The notes below the pieces were generated by a model, which saw only the letters and a program-made list of their open reading frames with translations, made no database searches and had not been told where the DNA came from. From Bacteroidota bacterium (lineage in GTDB: Bacteria > Bacteroidota > Bacteroidia > Palsa-965), in assembly GCA_003153435.1 (NCBI GenBank), contig PLYR01000145.1:20034-84033 (forward strand): 64,000 bases of DNA, read 5' to 3'. Below, in pieces: positions 20,133 to 30,179 of the stretch; within the stretch, counting starts at the first letter, position 1; every line of letters begins with the position of its first letter. The position numbers were made by a program, and so were the translations under genes.

Positions 20133-23100
20133 TTATTGGGTCCGAACGAGTGTGATAAATCCTTGCATATCATACACCACTCCATCGTCTCCCTTAGCAT
20201 GAATCACATAGAAGTAGGTGCCATTGGAGCAAACCTCACCAGCCATGGTGTGTCCGTCCCATGCTACACCAGGTGCTATGAGCTGAGCCATGGCTACTCC
20301 CCAACGGTCGTATATTTTGCAATCAAAGTAATCAATGCCGGCATAATTCACGTGCCAGTCGTCATTGATTCCGTCTCCGTTAGGTGTAAAAATGTTAGGT
20401 GCAGATATGAAAGATTTGATCTCTGATACATCAATGACTACACTATGGGTACTGGTACAGCCACTAGCATTGGTGACTGTAAGAAGTACGGTATAAGTTC
20501 CCGGAACGGTATAGAGATCATTCGCTCCGTTCTGTCCGTTTGCAGTGTTTCCGTCTCCGTAATTCCAGCTCCAGGTAGTTGCAGTGGCAGAACTGGAATC
20601 TGTAAATCCAACATAGAGTGGGGGAGTTCCGCTAAGGGTGCTCGGAATAAAGTTTGCGTTCACCGTGTTGACGGTTACGGGGAAGTTGGCACTGGCTGTG
20701 GTTCCGCATCCGTTAGTTGCGCTTACCGAATAGTTGCCTGTAGAATGAACCCAGATGGAGGCATTGCTCGATCCGGTACTCCACAGATATGGGCCTCCTC
20801 CATTTGCAGTTAACTGAACAGAATCTCCGTTACACATACCACTCTGACCGGTAATAGTAGGGGAGGGCTTCGGTAATACCGACATAGCGATGGTGGTAGA
20901 ATCTGTGCCGCATGCATTGGTTACATAAACCACATACACTCCGGCCGTATTAACTGTAATCGAGTCGCTGGTTGAGCCTGTGCTCCAGGAGTAAGTTCCT
21001 CCTCCACCGGCCGACAGGATAACATTGGTGCCTGCACAGAAGTTGGTGTTTCCTCCATTTGTAGAGATGGTAGGCACTGGTTTATTTCCGGTGTTCAATA
21101 TAGTTGTTGTTACAGATGCAGTACAGCCGTGAGCATCAATGACGTTGCAGGTATAGACTCCGGGTGTAAGCGTGGTAGCATTCGCTGTATTTCCTCCGGA
21201 AGGTAACCAGCTCCAGGTATAACCGGAAGTTCCTCCGCTAGGGGTGGCAGAAGCCGAACCGTCAGCTTGACCACATGTTGCTGCCGTAGGTGCAGCTGTT
21301 ACAGCAAGAACAGCAGGCTGGGTAACGGTAAATACCTGAGGAAGGGTACATCCATTCTGGTCAGTTACCGTGCAAGTATAGTTGCCAGCACTAAGCCCGC
21401 TTGCGGTTGCCCCTGAACCTCCTGATGGGGTCCAGTTATAGGTATAGATTGCTGTACCACCGCTTACAGTTGCAGTTCCACTGCCATTGGAGCTGCCGTT
21501 ACAACTTGCATTTGTTTGAGAAGAAACAATAGCGAGGGGGGTAGGCTGAGTGATGGTATAGATGTGTGAGGTCGTACAACCATTTGCATCTGTAACATTA
21601 CAGGTATAAGTACCTGCTGCAAGACCGCTTGCAGTCTGAGCACTTCCACCGGATGGTGTCCAGCTATAGGTATAAGCTGAAGTTCCACCGGCGACTGTAG
21701 CTGTGGCAGATCCTGTATTTCCACCGTTACAAAGGGCATTTGCCTGAGCCGAAGTGATTGAGAGTACGGCAGGCTGAGCAATGATTACAGATTGAGTGGA
21801 GACGCAGTTGCTGGCATCCGTTACAGTGCAGACATAAGTTCCGGCACAAAGAGACGAAGCTGTAGCAGCATTACCACCGCCTCCAGACCAGCTGTAAGCA
21901 AAAGGTGCAGTGCCACCGGTAGCGTTAACTGTAGCAGATCCGTTGCAGGATGCGTTACAAAGAGCCGCGTTATTAGAAGCAATACTCACACTAGGCGCAC
22001 CGGCAGAACTAATTGAAATGAGAGAGTCAAGGGTACAGCCATTAGCATCCTGAACAGTAACCGTATAACTTCCCGCAGCCAGACCAGTCACCGAATTGGT
22101 TCCTTGTCCACCACCTGGAGCAGGTGTCCAGTTATAAGTGTCAGCACCGGTTCCACCACTTGCAGTGACGGAAGCAGTACCGGTAGAGGTACCACAACCC
22201 GTTTGAGTACTTGCAGGTACCATGGAAAGCGAAGATATAGGTTGAGTTACAGAAACCGTGCTGGAGGTCGTACAACCGTTCGCATCAGTGATGTTACAAG
22301 TATAGGTGCCAGCCGCAAGACCTGTGGCAGTCACGGCGGTTTGTCCTCCGCCAATAACCCCGCCGGTCCAGTTATAAGTATATCCTATAGTGCCTCCGGA
22401 TACAGCTACGCTAGCTGTTCCTGAGGAACCACCTTTACAATTAACACTGGTTTGTGAAGGCGCAGCGCTTAGTACAGCAGGCGCAGCGATCGTTACTACC
22501 TGGCTTGTTACACAATTATTATTATCTGTCACGAAGCAGGTATAGCTGGTGTTTGCGCAAAGTGCGGTTGCCGTTGCAGCAGTTCCTCCAATGGGTGACC
22601 AAGAATAGGTATAAGTGCCGGCTCCTCCGCTTGCGGCAACTGTGGCCGATCCGTCACAGGAAGCGTTACACAGTGCAGGAGCTTGAGAAGCGATACTTGC
22701 TGAAGGTCCGCCAGCAGAGACAATATTATAAGTGGTAGACTGAGCACAATTATTTGCATCATTAACAGTTACGGTGTATGCACCTGAAGCAAGACCCGTG
22801 GCTGTTGGCGTTCCTTGTCCACCTCCAGGTGCAGGAGACCATGTATAGGTATCAGCACCTGTTCCGCCGGAAGCAGTAACTGTTGCAGTACCAGTGGCAA
22901 TTCCACAACCTGTATTGGTAGATGAAGGGGTAAGTGAAAGAGCACTCGCCGGTTCAGTTACAGCAATTGAGGCGGAAGTGGTACAACCGTTTGCATCGGT
23001 AATGTTACAGGTATAAGTTCCTGCGGCCAGTCCGGTTGCGGTAGAAGCAGTTTGTCCTCCTCCGATTACACCACCGGTCCAGGCGTAAGTATAGCCCGTT

Positions 23101-26100
23101 GTGCCACCCGATACCGTAACAGAAGCTGTTCCACTGGAACCACCGGTACAAAGTGCACTGGTTTGAGTTGGATTAGCGCTTAAAGCTACAGGGGCTCCGA
23201 TGGTTACATTCTGAGAGGTAACACAATTATTGGCATCGGTTATGGTACAAACATAAGTGGTATTCGCACAAAGTCCTGAAGCGGAGATTCCTGTTCCGCC
23301 TGAAGGTGACCAGGAATAGGTATACGCACCAGTACCACCGCTAGGTGCTACAGTAGCACTTCCATCGCAAGATGCACTACATTTTGCAGGAGCCTGAGAA
23401 GCAATAGATACAGAGGGTCCTCCAGCTGATGTTATGGTATAAAAGGATGTTTGAGGACAAGCATTCGCATCATGCACGGTCAATGTATATGTTCCTCCTC
23501 CAAGTCCTGTTGCAGTACTGGTTCCCTGTCCTCCTCCCGGTGCCGGTGCCCAGGTATAGGTGAAAGCACCGGTCCCGCCAGAGACAACCGCATTGGCTGT
23601 ACCGGTTGAAATTCCACATCCGGTGGTTGTGGAAGAAGGGGTGATTGAAATAACAGGTGGCTGAGTAATATTTATTACCTGAGGATGCGGGCAATTGTGT
23701 GAATCTGTTACTGTACAAGTATAGGTCCCTGCACTCAGGTTACTTGCTGTTGCAGAGTTTCCACCTGAAGGGGTCCACACATATATATACGCAGGTGTAC
23801 CTCCTGAAGGAGTAACGGTCGCGCTGGCTGTGCTGTTACCGCTACAAGATTCATTCAGCTGGGTGGCAGTGGTAGTTAAAGGCCCTGGCTGGACAATGTT
23901 AAAAGTGTGAGAGAGAGGACAACCATTTGCATCATGAATTGTGCAGGTATAGGTTGTTCCTCCAACAAGACCGTTGGCGGAATTAGTTCCTTGTCCACCA
24001 CCCGGTGCAGGAGCCCAGGTATAGGTAATAGCACCAGTACCGCCAGATGCGCTTGCAGTGGCTGTACCGTTGTTGTTTCCGTTACAGGTCACATTATTTT
24101 GAGAGGGAGCGATTGCTAAGGCACTTGGTTGTGTAATTGCAAAAGTTTGTGCAACCGGACAGTTGTTTGCGTCATGAACAGTACAGGTATAAGTAGTTGC
24201 ACCTACCAAGCCAGTAGCAGTGGCTGTGCCTTGTCCACCACCCGGAGCCGGAGCCCAGGTATAAGTATATCCTGCAGTACCACCGGAAGCAGTTGCCGTA
24301 GCGGTTCCATTATTGGAGCCATTACAATTCACATTTGCCTGGGTAGGAGTGATAGAAGGTGATGTACCGGGCTGAGTGATGGCAAAGGTTTGTGCTTTAG
24401 GGCAGCCATTCGCATCGTGAATGGTACAGGTATAGGTTGCGGGTCCGGAAAGTCCGGTCGCTGTGTTGGTTCCTTGTCCTCCTCCGGGTACAGGTGCCCA
24501 GGTGTAAGTGATTGCACCGGTACCGCCTGAAGAAGTTGCAGTGGCGGTTGCATTACTGCCCCCAAAACAACTTACGTTAGCCTGAGTAGGTACAATAGAT
24601 AAGGCGGATGGTTGTGTGATAGCAAAGGTTTGGGCCTTTGGACATCCATTTGCATCATGAATCGTACAAGTATAGGTGGTAGCTCCTGCTAATCCTGTTG
24701 CGGTGTTGGTTCCCTGACCACCACCCGGAGCGGGAGCCCAGGTATACGTTATAGCACCCGTTCCACCGGAGGCTGTTGCTGTTGCTGTTCCATTGGCAGA
24801 ACCGTTACAATTTACATTGGCTTGTGTTGGAGTAATCGATAATGCAGAGGGATTCGAAATTGTATACGTATGCGAAGCGGAGCAGCCGTTTGCTGTAGTT
24901 ACCGTACAAGTATAAGTGCCGGAGCCAAGTCCTGTTGCGGTTGCGGAGCCTTGCCCGCCTCCTCCATATCCAGCCCCAGTCCAATTATAGGTATAAGGGG
25001 CGTTTCCACCAGAAGCAGAAGCTGTAGCTGTTCCATTGCCGGAACCAACGCATGTAACATTAGAAGAGCTTGGTGTTATGGTTGCGGGTACAGCAAATGT
25101 AGCCAGCGTGCTGACGGTATAGCTACAACCATTTCCGGGAGTAACGGTAACCGTATAGGTACCACTTGCGTTGATAGTGATTACAGAGCCGGTAGTCGAT
25201 CCTACAATTCCGGGGCCGGTCCATGAAAAGGTTGTACCGGTCGGGCTTGGAGGAGCCGTAACAGTCATTGTGGAACCAATACAAGCTGCGGGCGTAGAAA
25301 CATTAAGTTGTTTAGGTCCGCAGGATCCATCGATATAAGCGTAACCGAAGTGACCACCGTGACTGCAGCCTGCAGCCGAAAAATAGATAGAGATCGTCTG
25401 ACCTGCAAACCCCGACAAGTCTAAAGTGTTTGACTGCCAGCCGGAAGAATAAACACCTGCGGCTACTGTGGAATATCCAGAAGGCGGTGATCCTGAAGTA
25501 CACTCCTGATAATATTGAAGACAAGGGATGACATGACCTGCTCCGTCGAAAACGTCCACCTCGAAATAAGGCATATCACCTAAGGGATGGCCTCCATCCT
25601 GCAGAATAACTGCATAGTTATAGGTGTAAAGGGCGTTGGTGGCATCCACAGTGAACTGTTGTTCGAGTAACTCTGCTCCGGCGTAAAAGCCTCCGCCTTG
25701 ACTAGCGGTAGTGGAGGTTTGTGCATAGGAATATGGAGGATAAATCCAGTACGGGGGCGTTGGAGAATAAGCTATATTCGGATCAATATACCCCCCACCA
25801 CACGAGCCTCCTTCAAGATTGAAATTATAGCCTCCAAGTCTGCAGGCATAGTTTCCACCACCCGGATCAACCATGGGTAAGCCTGAATAGGGGTCACTGC
25901 CTCCGCTGACAATGGTATGGGCATTACAGGATCCTACAGAGGCATTGGCTCCGCTTGGGCTGTATATTGTCCAGGAATTAACAAACATACTCAGGCCGTT
26001 CGGAATAGCACCTGCATTAAAACCATAGGCACCAGTCCAACCGGTGTAATCACCGGTTTCAAAGTCAGCATTATTACAACCAGCAAGAGGGTGTGGGTTC

Positions 26101-26450
26101 ACATGTGCAGCTCTTTGAGCTTTTACCTCAGCCTCCAGATCTTTGATGTGCTTGGCTTTATCGCGTTTAGGAGGAATGATATTATCGGGAATATGGTATT
26201 TGTCCTTCACGTAATGCGACTGAAGATGAAACATGTAATGCTTCTTCTCCGACTCCGCCATAGAGCCACGGAAGTTCATTGTATTCAATTCTGCTTGTGC
26301 CGCGGCGAAATCAAATCCGTTCAGACTATCACCTGCATAAAAATGATAGTCAACCTGATTCGAGGTAGGACCAATCGGGTTTCTTTCTTGTGCATAAGAA
26401 AAGGCGACAAGAAGGAAGAAGAAAAGTAAGGAGAGTAGTTTTTTATTCAT
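20133..26450 (-). CDS. Giant SprB-like cell-surface adhesin secreted by the T9SS. It has a signal peptide, an N-terminal domain of about 380 aa of unknown function, about 19 SprB-type repeats and PKD-like domains. It ends in a T9SS type-B CTD (gliding-motility-associated C-terminal domain).
   Basis: The start is placed at the ATG at 26450 (MNKKLLSLLFFFLLVAFSYAQ). The listed TTG at 26471 only adds 7 residues. The repeats have the form SGGTG.ITYTWAP.PGGGQGT.TATGL..GTYTCT..DANGC. The last roughly 85 residues match the type-B CTD (NIFTPNGDGINDDW...YDRWG). Confidence 0.8.
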   Translation of the reverse strand: MNKKLLSLLFFFLLVAFSYAQERNPIGPTSNQVDYHFYAGDSLNGFDFAAAQAELNTMNFRGSMAESEKKHYMFHLQSHYVKDKYHIPDNIIPPKRDKAKHIKDLEAEVKAQRAAHVNPHPLAGCNNADFETGDYTGWTGAYGFNAGAIPNGLSMFVNSWTIYSPSGANASVGSCNAHTIVSGGSDPYSGLPMVDPGGGNYACRLGGYNFNLEGGSCGGGYIDPNIAYSPTPPYWIYPPYSYAQTSTTASQGGGFYAGAELLEQQFTVDATNALYTYNYAVILQDGGHPLGDMPYFEVDVFDGAGHVIPCLQYYQECTSGSPPSGYSTVAAGVYSSGWQSNTLDLSGFAGQTISIYFSAAGCSHGGHFGYAYIDGSCGPKQLNVSTPAACIGSTMTVTAPPSPTGTTFSWTGPGIVGSTTGSVITINASGTYTVTVTPGNGCSYTVSTLATFAVPATITPSSSNVTCVGSGNGTATASASGGNAPYTYNWTGAGYGGGGQGSATATGLGSGTYTCTVTTANGCSASHTYTISNPSALSITPTQANVNCNGSANGTATATASGGTGAITYTWAPAPGGGQGTNTATGLAGATTYTCTIHDANGCPKAQTFAITQPSALSIVPTQANVSCFGGSNATATATSSGGTGAITYTWAPVPGGGQGTNTATGLSGPATYTCTIHDANGCPKAQTFAITQPGTSPSITPTQANVNCNGSNNGTATATASGGTAGYTYTWAPAPGGGQGTATATGLVGATTYTCTVHDANNCPVAQTFAITQPSALAIAPSQNNVTCNGNNNGTATASASGGTGAITYTWAPAPGGGQGTNSANGLVGGTTYTCTIHDANGCPLSHTFNIVQPGPLTTTATQLNESCSGNSTASATVTPSGGTPAYIYVWTPSGGNSATASNLSAGTYTCTVTDSHNCPHPQVINITQPPVISITPSSTTTGCGISTGTANAVVSGGTGAFTYTWAPAPGGGQGTSTATGLGGGTYTLTVHDANACPQTSFYTITSAGGPSVSIASQAPAKCSASCDGSATVAPSGGTGAYTYSWSPSGGTGISASGLCANTTYVCTITDANNCVTSQNVTIGAPVALSANPTQTSALCTGGSSGTASVTVSGGTTGYTYAWTGGVIGGGQTASTATGLAAGTYTCNITDANGCTTSASIAVTEPASALSLTPSSTNTGCGIATGTATVTASGGTGADTYTWSPAPGGGQGTPTATGLASGAYTVTVNDANNCAQSTTYNIVSAGGPSASIASQAPALCNASCDGSATVAASGGAGTYTYSWSPIGGTAATATALCANTSYTCFVTDNNNCVTSQVVTIAAPAVLSAAPSQTSVNCKGGSSGTASVAVSGGTIGYTYNWTGGVIGGGQTAVTATGLAAGTYTCNITDANGCTTSSTVSVTQPISSLSMVPASTQTGCGTSTGTASVTASGGTGADTYNWTPAPGGGQGTNSVTGLAAGSYTVTVQDANGCTLDSLISISSAGAPSVSIASNNAALCNASCNGSATVNATGGTAPFAYSWSGGGGNAATASSLCAGTYVCTVTDASNCVSTQSVIIAQPAVLSITSAQANALCNGGNTGSATATVAGGTSAYTYSWTPSGGSAQTASGLAAGTYTCNVTDANGCTTSHIYTITQPTPLAIVSSQTNASCNGSSNGSGTATVSGGTAIYTYNWTPSGGSGATASGLSAGNYTCTVTDQNGCTLPQVFTVTQPAVLAVTAAPTAATCGQADGSASATPSGGTSGYTWSWLPSGGNTANATTLTPGVYTCNVIDAHGCTASVTTTILNTGNKPVPTISTNGGNTNFCAGTNVILSAGGGGTYSWSTGSTSDSITVNTAGVYVVYVTNACGTDSTTIAMSVLPKPSPTITGQSGMCNGDSVQLTANGGGPYLWSTGSSNASIWVHSTGNYSVSATNGCGTTASANFPVTVNTVNANFIPSTLSGTPPLYVGFTDSSSATATTWSWNYGDGNTANGQNGANDLYTVPGTYTVLLTVTNASGCTSTHSVVIDVSEIKSFISAPNIFTPNGDGINDDWHVNYAGIDYFDCKIYDRWGVAMAQLIAPGVAWDGHTMAGEVCSNGTYFYVIHAKGDDGVVYDMQGFITLVRTQ
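20900..25270 (-). repeat. Intragenic tandem array of about 240-bp (about 80-aa) diverged SprB-repeat units, with roughly 17-19 copies
   Basis: The translated product shows periodic recurrence of the TYTW/AP.PGGGQGT and DANGC motifs. The region is Gly/Thr/Ala-rich and high in GC. This generates many spurious open frames on the plus strand. Confidence 0.7.
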
Positions 26451-26988
26451 CGTTGTGTTAATGATTATCAAAGGTTAAATCATAACATTGTAAAGCGTAT
26501 CCAATTCGCAATACACGAATCAAATTAATCCGGCCAAATAACAGATTGGACGATGGAATTACTCTTTTGTACGGAAGATTTCAAGAATAGATATACTTTT
26601 CTTAAAATAAACCTCAAAAACAATAATTATATTTGTAATCAGATCAATATTATAGGATTCCCTAAGCCTTATATTATTGATTAGTAGTGAGTTCTGCAGT
26701 GTGGTTCTTGGCTTTAAATTTCCGAAAAATTCCCGAAACCAGACAGGATAATTTGATAACATTCGACCAAAAGTATTTTATTGTCGACAAATATTATTAA
26801 ATATTCGACTAATATACTAAAAATAACTACTAACTAAAGTTTTTAGGCACATAAATTAGGCTTTTGACTGTATAAAATGGCCTTTCATCCAAAAAATAAT
26901 TTCGGAATTCAAGCGCAGACCTTGTAAGATTTCGGCAGGAAATTGTGATCGACAGGCAGGCCGATTTATGGGAAGAAATGCTAATTTA

Positions 26989-27372
26989 TTAAAGCTTTGA
27001 AAGACTCATTCCTTCTTTATTCTGTTGTTCAAGGCTCCATTTATCAGTGGTGGTAATACTTAACCATTCCTTTCCTGATTTGCGATAGAATCTTACGTTT
27101 AAGCCGAAAACATCTCTGAAATCCTGTTCAAGTTCTGAACTGCTCATTTCAGGAGATATGGTAACAGTACCTTTATTATGCATTATTCTTACCTCCCCAA
27201 GCTTTTGACTATTGCTGGCTACGGATTTGGGGGAGGGAGAAGCCATTGCACCCGAAGCTTTTCCCAAAAATTCAATTTTCAGATAAGGAAACAAATTATT
27301 GAATTCTTCCTGTAATGCATGAATTTTGCGATGGTCATTGATTATGATTTTCATGGAAATTAGAATTTGCAT
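26989..27372 (-). CDS. Hypothetical small protein
   Basis: It is a 127-aa ORF with no recognisable motif. It lies between the AT-rich promoter region of the giant adhesin gene and the REC-CRP regulator gene. Confidence 0.35.
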   Translation of the reverse strand: MQILISMKIIINDHRKIHALQEEFNNLFPYLKIEFLGKASGAMASPSPKSVASNSQKLGEVRIMHNKGTVTISPEMSSSELEQDFRDVFGLNVRFYRKSGKEWLSITTTDKWSLEQQNKEGMSLSKL

Positions 27373-27479
27373 TTAAAATCGAATTTTCATCTTCGATATT
27401 TATCACACAAAAATATCCTGAAATGTTGCGAAAGGAAATGACCTGTGTTGAAAAGGGGATGATTTTAATCAGGCAGGGG

Positions 27480-28541
27480 TTAATTCTTTACACATGAAAG
27501 TTTGTCGTAGTCGAGTACACTTATAAGCCGGCCTTTAATCTCGATAAGCTTTTCATCTTTCAAGTCGCTTAACATCCTGATGGCTGTTTCAGGCGCTGTT
27601 CCGGCCAGGTTTGCCAAATCTTCTCTCGAGATGCTGATACTGAAATTAGCTTCTCCATCTTTCTTGTACCTGTTGTAAAGTGTGACAAGCGCTTCCGCCA
27701 CCCGTTTACGAACGGAATTGTAGGCAAGTTTGAGGAGTTGGTCTTCTTTGTCAATTAAATCATTGGAAAGCATCTTGATAAATTTCTTTGAAACATCAGC
27801 ACTTTTATAAATCAGGGAGAAAAAATTATCTTTCGGAATCATGCAGATTTCAGAGTCTTCCAAAGTCATCGCCTCCTCTGTGTATTTGCTTTCTTCAAGC
27901 AAGGATAAGTGACCGAAAAATTCACCTTCCTTATAAAGACCATTGATGAATTCTTTCCCGAATTCATTTGTTTTAAAGGTTTTCACCTTTCCTTTAATAA
28001 CGAAATAAATTCCTTTAGGGTATCCTCCTGAGCTATATATTGATTCTTTCTTGCGGTAGTGATGAATATCCCGGTCTTCAGAAAGTTTTTTAAGGGTATC
28101 CAACCCTCCTGTTTCATTCATAAAGTCCTGAAGCCCTTCCAGACTTCTTTCGAATTTCTTCTTGAGATTATCAGCCTTTTTCAGTCTGCTGTCAATAGCA
28201 TTTAGCAGTTCCATATCGTCGAAAGGTTTGGTGATATAATCATCGGCTCCCATTTCCATTCCTTTTCTGAAATCATTCCTTTCGGTTTTGGCGGTAAGGA
28301 ATATAAAGGGGATATTGGAAGTTTCAGGGTTTTTGCCAAGCATATGCAATACGCCATAGCCATCCAGATGAGGCATCATGATATCACAAATAATTAAATC
28401 AGGCATTTCCGCAGAAACCATTTCCATACCTTCTTTTCCATTTGAAGCAGCCCTTACCTTATATCTGGCAAGTTCAAGCATTTCAGTCGTATTTTCCCGA
28501 AGTTCCGTGTTATCTTCGATTAAGAGGATTTTTTTGTGCAT
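27480..28541 (-). CDS. Fusion regulator with a CheY-like receiver domain, a cNMP-binding (CRP/FNR effector) domain and a Crp-type HTH
   Basis: The receiver motifs are LLIEDN...DLIICDIMMP...LTAK. A cNMP beta-roll with G-rich motifs follows. The C-terminal HTH is REDLANLAGTAPETAIRML. The start is placed at the ATG at 28541, 6 bp inside the listed TTG. It is a paralogue of the gene at 39439-40500. Confidence 0.75.
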   Translation of the reverse strand: MHKKILLIEDNTELRENTTEMLELARYKVRAASNGKEGMEMVSAEMPDLIICDIMMPHLDGYGVLHMLGKNPETSNIPFIFLTAKTERNDFRKGMEMGADDYITKPFDDMELLNAIDSRLKKADNLKKKFERSLEGLQDFMNETGGLDTLKKLSEDRDIHHYRKKESIYSSGGYPKGIYFVIKGKVKTFKTNEFGKEFINGLYKEGEFFGHLSLLEESKYTEEAMTLEDSEICMIPKDNFFSLIYKSADVSKKFIKMLSNDLIDKEDQLLKLAYNSVRKRVAEALVTLYNRYKKDGEANFSISISREDLANLAGTAPETAIRMLSDLKDEKLIEIKGRLISVLDYDKLSCVKN

Positions 28542-28637
28542 ATTCAAGTTGTTAATTATGATTGGCTCCTCTTTAAATTAAACAAATGTTAAGAATTCTT
28601 GCGATACCAAAATTAGGGAATGGATCCTTGGTAAACA

Positions 28638-28649
28638 TGATGAATATCA
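28638..28649. promoter_or_regulatory. Candidate CRP/FNR-type operator, the palindrome TGAT-GAAT-ATCA
   Basis: It is a perfect 4-4-4 inverted repeat in the divergent intergenic region. It lies about 80 bp upstream of the terB-like operon and about 100 bp upstream of the divergent REC-CRP gene. Confidence 0.3.
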
Positions 28650-28728
28650 GTTAATCTCTGGATATAGGTCATTCCAGGAAAACAATAGGCGAATTAGATT
28701 TGTCTTGTAATCAACTAATACCATAAAA

Positions 28729-29151
28729 ATGTCTGATATGAACCCTCTTCAAAACCTACATTACGCCCTCGGTGAATTGGCCTATTCGATAGCCCGGGCA
28801 GATGGAAAAGTACAGGAATCGGAAAAAAAACGTTTTCATAGCATTGTGGCCGCCGAACTTCGTTTGGGAAACTATGACTTCGACCTCAGCGATATCATAT
28901 TTCAGATTATGGACAAGGAGCATATTGATACGGAAACTTCCTACCATTGGGCCATGAATGAGATTCGTCTAAACAGCCATTATCTGAGCCCGGAACTAAA
29001 GCAAACATTCATCCGGGTGATGGAAAAGGTGGCCAGAGCCTACCCACCGGTTACCATTCAGGAAAAAGAATTATTGGATAAATTTAAAACGGATATTGCA
29101 ACCATTAATGGTGATCCTGTTTTTTATGAAAAACATAATAAACGCGTCTGA
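28729..29151 (+). CDS. TerB-like (tellurite-resistance / DjlA-N-like) domain protein
   Basis: It has LGELAYSIARADGKVQESEKKRF, which is typical of the TerB helical bundle. It is 140 aa and cytoplasmic. Confidence 0.45.
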   Translation: MSDMNPLQNLHYALGELAYSIARADGKVQESEKKRFHSIVAAELRLGNYDFDLSDIIFQIMDKEHIDTETSYHWAMNEIRLNSHYLSPELKQTFIRVMEKVARAYPPVTIQEKELLDKFKTDIATINGDPVFYEKHNKRV

Positions 29152-29196
29152 GGACGATTAAGAAACGGAATTAGTAAATAGTAAATAAAAATAGCG

Positions 29197-29739
29197 ATGT
29201 TAAATTATAATCCTGTTAACTTTAAGGAAATGAGCCCTTCTGAGCTTTGTGATTACATTGCTAAAAGGCACCATAAATATGTAAGGGAAGAATTTGGGAA
29301 GATCTCAGACCATCTGAAAACAGCTCTGAATGTGGATGTTAATTCAGGCCCCGAGCTGAGAGCAATCATCAAGCTCTTTCATGAATTGCATGACGAACTT
29401 GAGCAACATTTCAATAAGGAGGAGGAAATTCTTTTTCCTTTAGTTCAACAACTGATTATATCTGAGGAGACTGAGCGCGCCAAGAAGAATTTATCTGTAA
29501 GTATCATTGATAAGCCTTTGGAAGAAATGAACAAGGATCATAAAAAGATTGAACGAATTCTCTCTGAGATACGCCGGCTGAGTCATGATTATTTTCTGGA
29601 TCCGATGAGTTCGCCTACTCATAAATTGTGTTTAAATGAATTATTCGCACTGGAAGATGATCTTCACAAACAGTTTTACCTGGAAGAAAATATATTGACA
29701 CCGAAGCTGATTACCTGGGAACAAACCATATTATCATGA
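29197..29739 (+). CDS. Hemerythrin-like HHE cation-binding domain protein
   Basis: It has H/E-rich helices (HHKYVREEF, HELHDELEQHFNKEEEILFP). It is 180 aa. It overlaps the next gene by 4 bp (ATGA). Confidence 0.45.
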   Translation: MLNYNPVNFKEMSPSELCDYIAKRHHKYVREEFGKISDHLKTALNVDVNSGPELRAIIKLFHELHDELEQHFNKEEEILFPLVQQLIISEETERAKKNLSVSIIDKPLEEMNKDHKKIERILSEIRRLSHDYFLDPMSSPTHKLCLNELFALEDDLHKQFYLEENILTPKLITWEQTILS

Positions 29740-30179
29740 TAGCCACACATTCTTATATTGCCGCAGAAGCATTTACCCGGATTTCTCTGGGGATTATCTT
29801 CTTCTCTCAGGGTTATGATAAGGTTTTCAACCTTGGAATTCCCAGTGTCATTAATAATTTTGAATACCCGGTGAGATTGAAGCATCTCCCCAGGTTTCCC
29901 CTTGTTTTTGCAGCATACTTTACATCCATTGTCGAACTCATCGGAGGATTTCTGCTGATTCTCGGCTTCATGAAGTATTATGCCCTCTATTTTTTAGGAA
30001 TAGACCTCCTTATAGTGGTTGCATCGCTCTCTATGCTTGAACCCCTGTGGGATATGAAGCATGTATTTCCAAGAATGCTCCTCCTTGTTATTTTGTTGAT
30101 TATGCCTTCTTCGTGGGGAGTCGTTTCAGTTGATTACCTTTGGTCCATCATACGATTTATACGACATTTCCTATCCTAA
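29736..30179 (+). CDS. DoxX-family integral membrane protein
   Basis: It has four predicted TM helices. The DoxX-like start is RISLGIIFFSQGYDKV. It is 147 aa. Confidence 0.6.
   Translation: MIATHSYIAAEAFTRISLGIIFFSQGYDKVFNLGIPSVINNFEYPVRLKHLPRFPLVFAAYFTSIVELIGGFLLILGFMKYYALYFLGIDLLIVVASLSMLEPLWDMKHVFPRMLLLVILLIMPSSWGVVSVDYLWSIIRFIRHFLS

Noticed and set aside
20097-26429. About 12 plus-strand ORFs of 60-170 aa (for example 20445-20813, 21792-22016, 22104-22424, 24870-25226, 25917-26429), antisense to the giant adhesin gene
   Set aside because: They lie wholly inside a 6.3-kb minus-strand gene with coherent repeat and domain architecture. The GC- and Gly/Thr-rich repeat codons are what remove stops on the opposite strand. 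The products are low-complexity Ser/Cys/Arg strings with no motifs.
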